Source of the DNA: Brevundimonas sp.
GTDB taxonomy: Bacteria > Pseudomonadota > Alphaproteobacteria > Caulobacterales > Caulobacteraceae
Direction: 5' to 3' (one strand)
Assembly: GCF_004296955.1 (NCBI RefSeq)
Contig: NZ_SCVB01000055.1
Length of the DNA: 64,000 nt
Shown: positions 60,545 through 64,000 of the stretch, piece by piece
Position numbering within the stretch: the first letter of the stretch is position 1
How the letters are laid out: each line of letters opens with the position of its first letter
The notes under the pieces: generated by a model
Database searches by the model: none
What the model saw: only the letters and a program-made list of their open reading frames with translations
Told to the model about the DNA's origin: nothing
Position numbers and translations under genes: made by a program

Positions 60545-60636
60545 GCGCGGCGTTCCGCCGCGCGACGGACGGCGCGTGGACAGGCCGGCGGCCCGGGCGC
60601 AAGATTGCGTCTTGTTCGCCGTGAGGATCTGACGCC

Positions 60637-62055
60637 GTGGAATTTGACGCACTGCTGCTGTCGCGACTGCAGTTCGCCTTCACCATCGCCTTCCACATCC
60701 TTTTCCCGGCCTTCACCATCGGGCTGGCGGCCTTCCTGGCCGTGCTGGAGGGCCTGTGGCTCTGGACGAAGCGGGACGCCTTCAAGGTCCTGTATCTGTT
60801 CTGGGTCAAGATCTTCGCCCTCAGCTTCGGCATGGGCGTCGTCTCCGGCGTGGTGCTCAGCTACCAGTTCGGCACCAACTGGTCGGAGTTCATCCGCCTG
60901 ACCGGCGGAGTGATCGGCCCCTTGCTCGCCTATGAGGTCCTGACGGCCTTCTTCCTCGAGGCGTCCTTCCTCGGCGTCATGCTGTTCGGCTGGAAGAAGG
61001 TCGGGCCCCGGCTTCACTTCCTCGCCACCGTCCTCGTCGCCGTCGGCACCACCATCTCGGCCTTCTGGATCCTGTCGGCCAACAGCTGGATGCAGACGCC
61101 GCAAGGCTTCCAGATCATGGCCGACGGAACGCTTGAGGCGACCGACTATCTGGCGGTGATCTTCAATCCCAGCCTGCCGACCCGGCTGGCCCACATGCTG
61201 CTGGCCGCCTTCCTGACGACGGGACTGGTGGTTGGCGCGGCCTCGGCCTGGCAGGTATTGAAGGAGCGGGGCAGGGGCGTCGTCGAGGGCTGGACCGAGA
61301 GCCGGATCGCCCTCGTCATGGCGGTCGGGCTGGTCGCGGTCCTGGCCCCGCTGCAGCTGGTCGCCGGCCACCTCTCGGGCGAGGTCACGCACAAATACCA
61401 GCCGGCCAAGACCGCGGCGATCGAGGGCTATTGGGAGACCCGCTCCGACCAGCCGCTGCACCTGTTCGGCATCCCCGATCGCGACGCGCAGAAGAACCAT
61501 TTCGAGGTCTCCATCCCCGGACTCGGCAACGTCGTGCAGAACCTGCCGCGCGACGAGGTCATCCAGGGCCTCGACGCCTGGCCGCGCGAGGACCAGCCGC
61601 CGCCGTTCATCCCCTTCTTCGGCTTCCGCATCATGGTCGGGCTGGGCCTGCTGATGATCGCCCTCGGCGCGACCGGGGCGGTGCTGATCTGGCGACGCAA
61701 GCTGTTCGACACCCCCTGGTTCCTTCGCTTCTGCGTGGCCATGGGACCGTCCGGCTTCATCGCCGTCCTCGCCGGCTGGATGGTTACAGAGGTCGGCCGC
61801 CAGCCCTGGGTGGTGCAGGGGGTGCTCAAGACCCGGGACGCCGTTTCCCCGATCACCGCCGGCGAGGTCGCGACCAGCCTCACGGCCTATGTCCTGGTTT
61901 ATTCGATCGTGTTCACCGCCGGCGCGCTGTTCATCCTCCGGCTGATGGCCGAGGGCCCGGTCGCCGCCGTCGTCGAACCCTCGCCGCGCCAGGATCGCGC
62001 CCCGGGCTCGGCCCTGGCCAAGGCGCCCGCAGACACCACGCCGGGAGACGCCTGA
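60637..62055 (+). CDS. cydA: Cytochrome bd ubiquinol oxidase subunit I
   Basis: SRLQFAFT..FHILFP, YQFGTNW, YEVLTAFFLEA, NSWMQTP, QPAKTAAIEG, EVGRQPW. Confidence 0.97.
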   Translation: MEFDALLLSRLQFAFTIAFHILFPAFTIGLAAFLAVLEGLWLWTKRDAFKVLYLFWVKIFALSFGMGVVSGVVLSYQFGTNWSEFIRLTGGVIGPLLAYEVLTAFFLEASFLGVMLFGWKKVGPRLHFLATVLVAVGTTISAFWILSANSWMQTPQGFQIMADGTLEATDYLAVIFNPSLPTRLAHMLLAAFLTTGLVVGAASAWQVLKERGRGVVEGWTESRIALVMAVGLVAVLAPLQLVAGHLSGEVTHKYQPAKTAAIEGYWETRSDQPLHLFGIPDRDAQKNHFEVSIPGLGNVVQNLPRDEVIQGLDAWPREDQPPPFIPFFGFRIMVGLGLLMIALGATGAVLIWRRKLFDTPWFLRFCVAMGPSGFIAVLAGWMVTEVGRQPWVVQGVLKTRDAVSPITAGEVATSLTAYVLVYSIVFTAGALFILRLMAEGPVAAVVEPSPRQDRAPGSALAKAPADTTPGDA

Positions 62056-63086
62056 TGCTGGACCTCTCGCTGATCTGGGCCGGACTGATCGCCACCGCGG
62101 TCCTGCTCTATGTCACCCTCGACGGCTTCGACCTCGGCGTCGGCATCCTGTTCCCCTTCGCAAAATCGAAGGAGGAGCGGGACGTGATGATGAACACCAT
62201 CGCCCCGGTCTGGGACGGCAACGAGACCTGGCTGGTGCTGGGCGGCGGCGGTCTGCTGGCGGCCTTCCCCCTGGCCTATTCGGTGCTGATGCCGGCCCTC
62301 TACCTGCCGGTGCTGCTGATGCTGGCCGGACTGATCCTGCGCGGGGTGGCGTTCGAATTCCGCTTCCGCGCCCTCAACCGCGGCCGCAAATTCTGGACCC
62401 AGATGTTCGCCGGCGGCTCCATCCTGACGGCGGCGGCCCAGGGGCTGATCCTGGGCGGCTTCATCCAGGGCGTGACCGTCGAAAACGACCGCTTCGCCGG
62501 CGGACCGTTCGACTGGCTGACGCCCTACACCCTGCTGGTCTCGGCCGGCATCGTGGCCGGCTACGCCCTGTTGGGCGGGGCCTGGCTGATGATGAAGACG
62601 AAGGACAATCTGCACGGCGACGCCCGGCGCTGGACCCTGGTCTCGGCGGCCGCGGTCGCGGTCCTGCTGGCGGCGGTCAGCGTCGCGACCCTCGTGGTCC
62701 ACCACCGGATCGGCATGCGCTGGGGCATCGATACGGCCGAGGTCCAGATCGCCTGGGACATCCTCGCGCCGCGCCTGGCCATTCCGGCGCTTGGCCTGGC
62801 GGGTCTGGCGACGATCGTGCTCATGGCGCGAAGGGGATCCCACGTCTGGCCCTTCATCGGCGCCCTGCTGGTCTTCCTGTCGGGCTACGCCGGCCTGGCC
62901 GTCAGCTTCATGCCCTATATCGTTCCCTATGCGCTCGACTTCCGCCAGGCGGCGGCGCCGGACAACGCCCTGGGTCTGATGCTGGTGGGCACGGCCGTGA
63001 TCCTTCCGGCCATCCTCGCCTATACGGCCTGGGTCTACTGGGTCTTCCGCGGCAAGATCGACGGGGAGTCCGGCTATCATCATTGA
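62055..63086 (+). CDS. cydB: Cytochrome bd ubiquinol oxidase subunit II
   Basis: YVTLDGFDLGVG, PVWDGNETWL, LRGVAFEFR, YWVFRGK. Confidence 0.97.
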   Translation: MLDLSLIWAGLIATAVLLYVTLDGFDLGVGILFPFAKSKEERDVMMNTIAPVWDGNETWLVLGGGGLLAAFPLAYSVLMPALYLPVLLMLAGLILRGVAFEFRFRALNRGRKFWTQMFAGGSILTAAAQGLILGGFIQGVTVENDRFAGGPFDWLTPYTLLVSAGIVAGYALLGGAWLMMKTKDNLHGDARRWTLVSAAAVAVLLAAVSVATLVVHHRIGMRWGIDTAEVQIAWDILAPRLAIPALGLAGLATIVLMARRGSHVWPFIGALLVFLSGYAGLAVSFMPYIVPYALDFRQAAAPDNALGLMLVGTAVILPAILAYTAWVYWVFRGKIDGESGYHH

Positions 63087-63228
63087 GCCCGTCCCCCCGC
63101 CCGGGCCCGGCGAACCCTCCGGGCCGCTGTGGAAGCGTCTGGCCTGGTTTGCGGCCCTGGCCGTGGCCGCCTCGGCCGTGACGGCGACGGTCGCCTATGG
63201 GCTCAGGGCCTTGCCGTTCGCGGGCTGA
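63082..63228 (+). CDS. DUF2474-like small membrane protein after cydB; no ATG/GTG/TTG start
   Basis: IEPVPPPGPGEPSGPLWKRLAWFAALAVAASAVTATVAYGLRALPFAG*; only ATC/ATT codons in frame near the cydB stop. Confidence 0.5.
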   Translation: MEPVPPPGPGEPSGPLWKRLAWFAALAVAASAVTATVAYGLRALPFAG

Positions 63229-63245
63229 AAGGGGAAGGTCGGGGC

Positions 63246-64000
63246 ATGAAAGCCCTCGTCGCCACCACCGCCGCAGCCCTGCTGCTCGCCGCCGCCGCCC
63301 AGGCCCAGACGCCTCCGGGCCAGACCCCGTCTCCGGCCGCCGCAGCCGGTCCGCCCGTCAGCGACCTGACCCGCGGCCTCAACAGCGGACCGCCGGCGCC
63401 CGCCGTCTATCTGGCCCCGGCCCCGGCGCCGGTTACGCCGCCGTCCGCGGCCGCTGCGCCCACGCCGTCGCCAAGGCCCGCGACGACCGGCGCGCCGTCG
63501 ATCGCCGCCCCGCCGTCCGCCCCGCCGGCAATTGCGACGCCGCCCCGGGCGGCCCCCATCCCGGCGGCCCCGGCGCCCCAGCCGCGCACAGCGCCGATCA
63601 CGCCGCCGGCGGCGACAGCCGCGCCACGGACCCGCCCGTTGACCGCCGCCCCGGCGCCGGTTCCGACGCCGGCCCCCGCGCCGGCCCCCGTGATCGCGCC
63701 GGCGCCCGCTCCCGCTGCGCCGCCGCCGGCGGCCGCTCCGACCGTCACGGTGCTGGACGCCGCCGCCCGCGCCGCCCTGCCGTTCACCGCCGACCTGCCG
63801 GCCGGCTTCGAGATCGTCAGCGGCCGTCCCGGTCCCGATTTCCGCATCTACACGATCCGCCGCGGCGGCCAGTCGTTCGTGATGGTCTACACCGGCCCGG
63901 CGTCGCAGTTCCCGATCTACAGCGGCCAGATGGTCGAGGCCGGCGGCCGCGCCTCGATCGTCGCCACCGAGGACGGCCAGCGCCACGCCATGGAGCATCT
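63246..64000 (+). CDS. Secreted Pro/Ala-rich hypothetical protein, 3'-truncated
   Basis: Signal peptide MKALVATTAAALLLAAAAQA, long PA-rich linker, then a globular domain (LPAGFEIV…YTGPASQFPIY). Confidence 0.8.
   Translation, partial: MKALVATTAAALLLAAAAQAQTPPGQTPSPAAAAGPPVSDLTRGLNSGPPAPAVYLAPAPAPVTPPSAAAAPTPSPRPATTGAPSIAAPPSAPPAIATPPRAAPIPAAPAPQPRTAPITPPAATAAPRTRPLTAAPAPVPTPAPAPAPVIAPAPAPAAPPPAAAPTVTVLDAAARAALPFTADLPAGFEIVSGRPGPDFRIYTIRRGGQSFVMVYTGPASQFPIYSGQMVEAGGRASIVATEDGQRHAMEH

Noticed and set aside
63380-63750. Tandem repeat in the last ORF
   Set aside because: Low-complexity Pro/Ala linker coding sequence, not a discrete DNA repeat

Overview
High-GC alphaproteobacterial chromosome segment, inferred to be Caulobacteraceae (Brevundimonas-like) from ccrM, the dcw gene order and CtrA/LexA/sigmaT-type motifs. 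It is mostly core genes: sppA, an amidase, rnpB, mraZ-rsmH-ftsL-ftsI-murE-murF-mraY-murD-ftsW-murG, smc with two DsbA genes, mutY, ccrM, ppdK, ychF, pth, rplY, prs, bamD-recN, suhB, efp, bfd-bfr, thiE and cydAB. Two non-core structures stand out. (1) After recN (50915-54500) lies a cassette-like array of atypical small membrane-protein genes, a flotillin gene and a BLUF gene. Every intergenic gap holds same-orientation tandem 24-25 bp GTCCGC-N12-GCGGAC hairpin units, and no recombinase is present in the window. (2) A 529-bp element at the rnpB promoter carries a DUF559 nuclease gene with its own promoter between ~60-bp structured inverted repeats bounded by AACGTT. No rRNA, tRNA, CRISPR array, IS transposase or integrase was recognised. 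All motif calls were made by eye.
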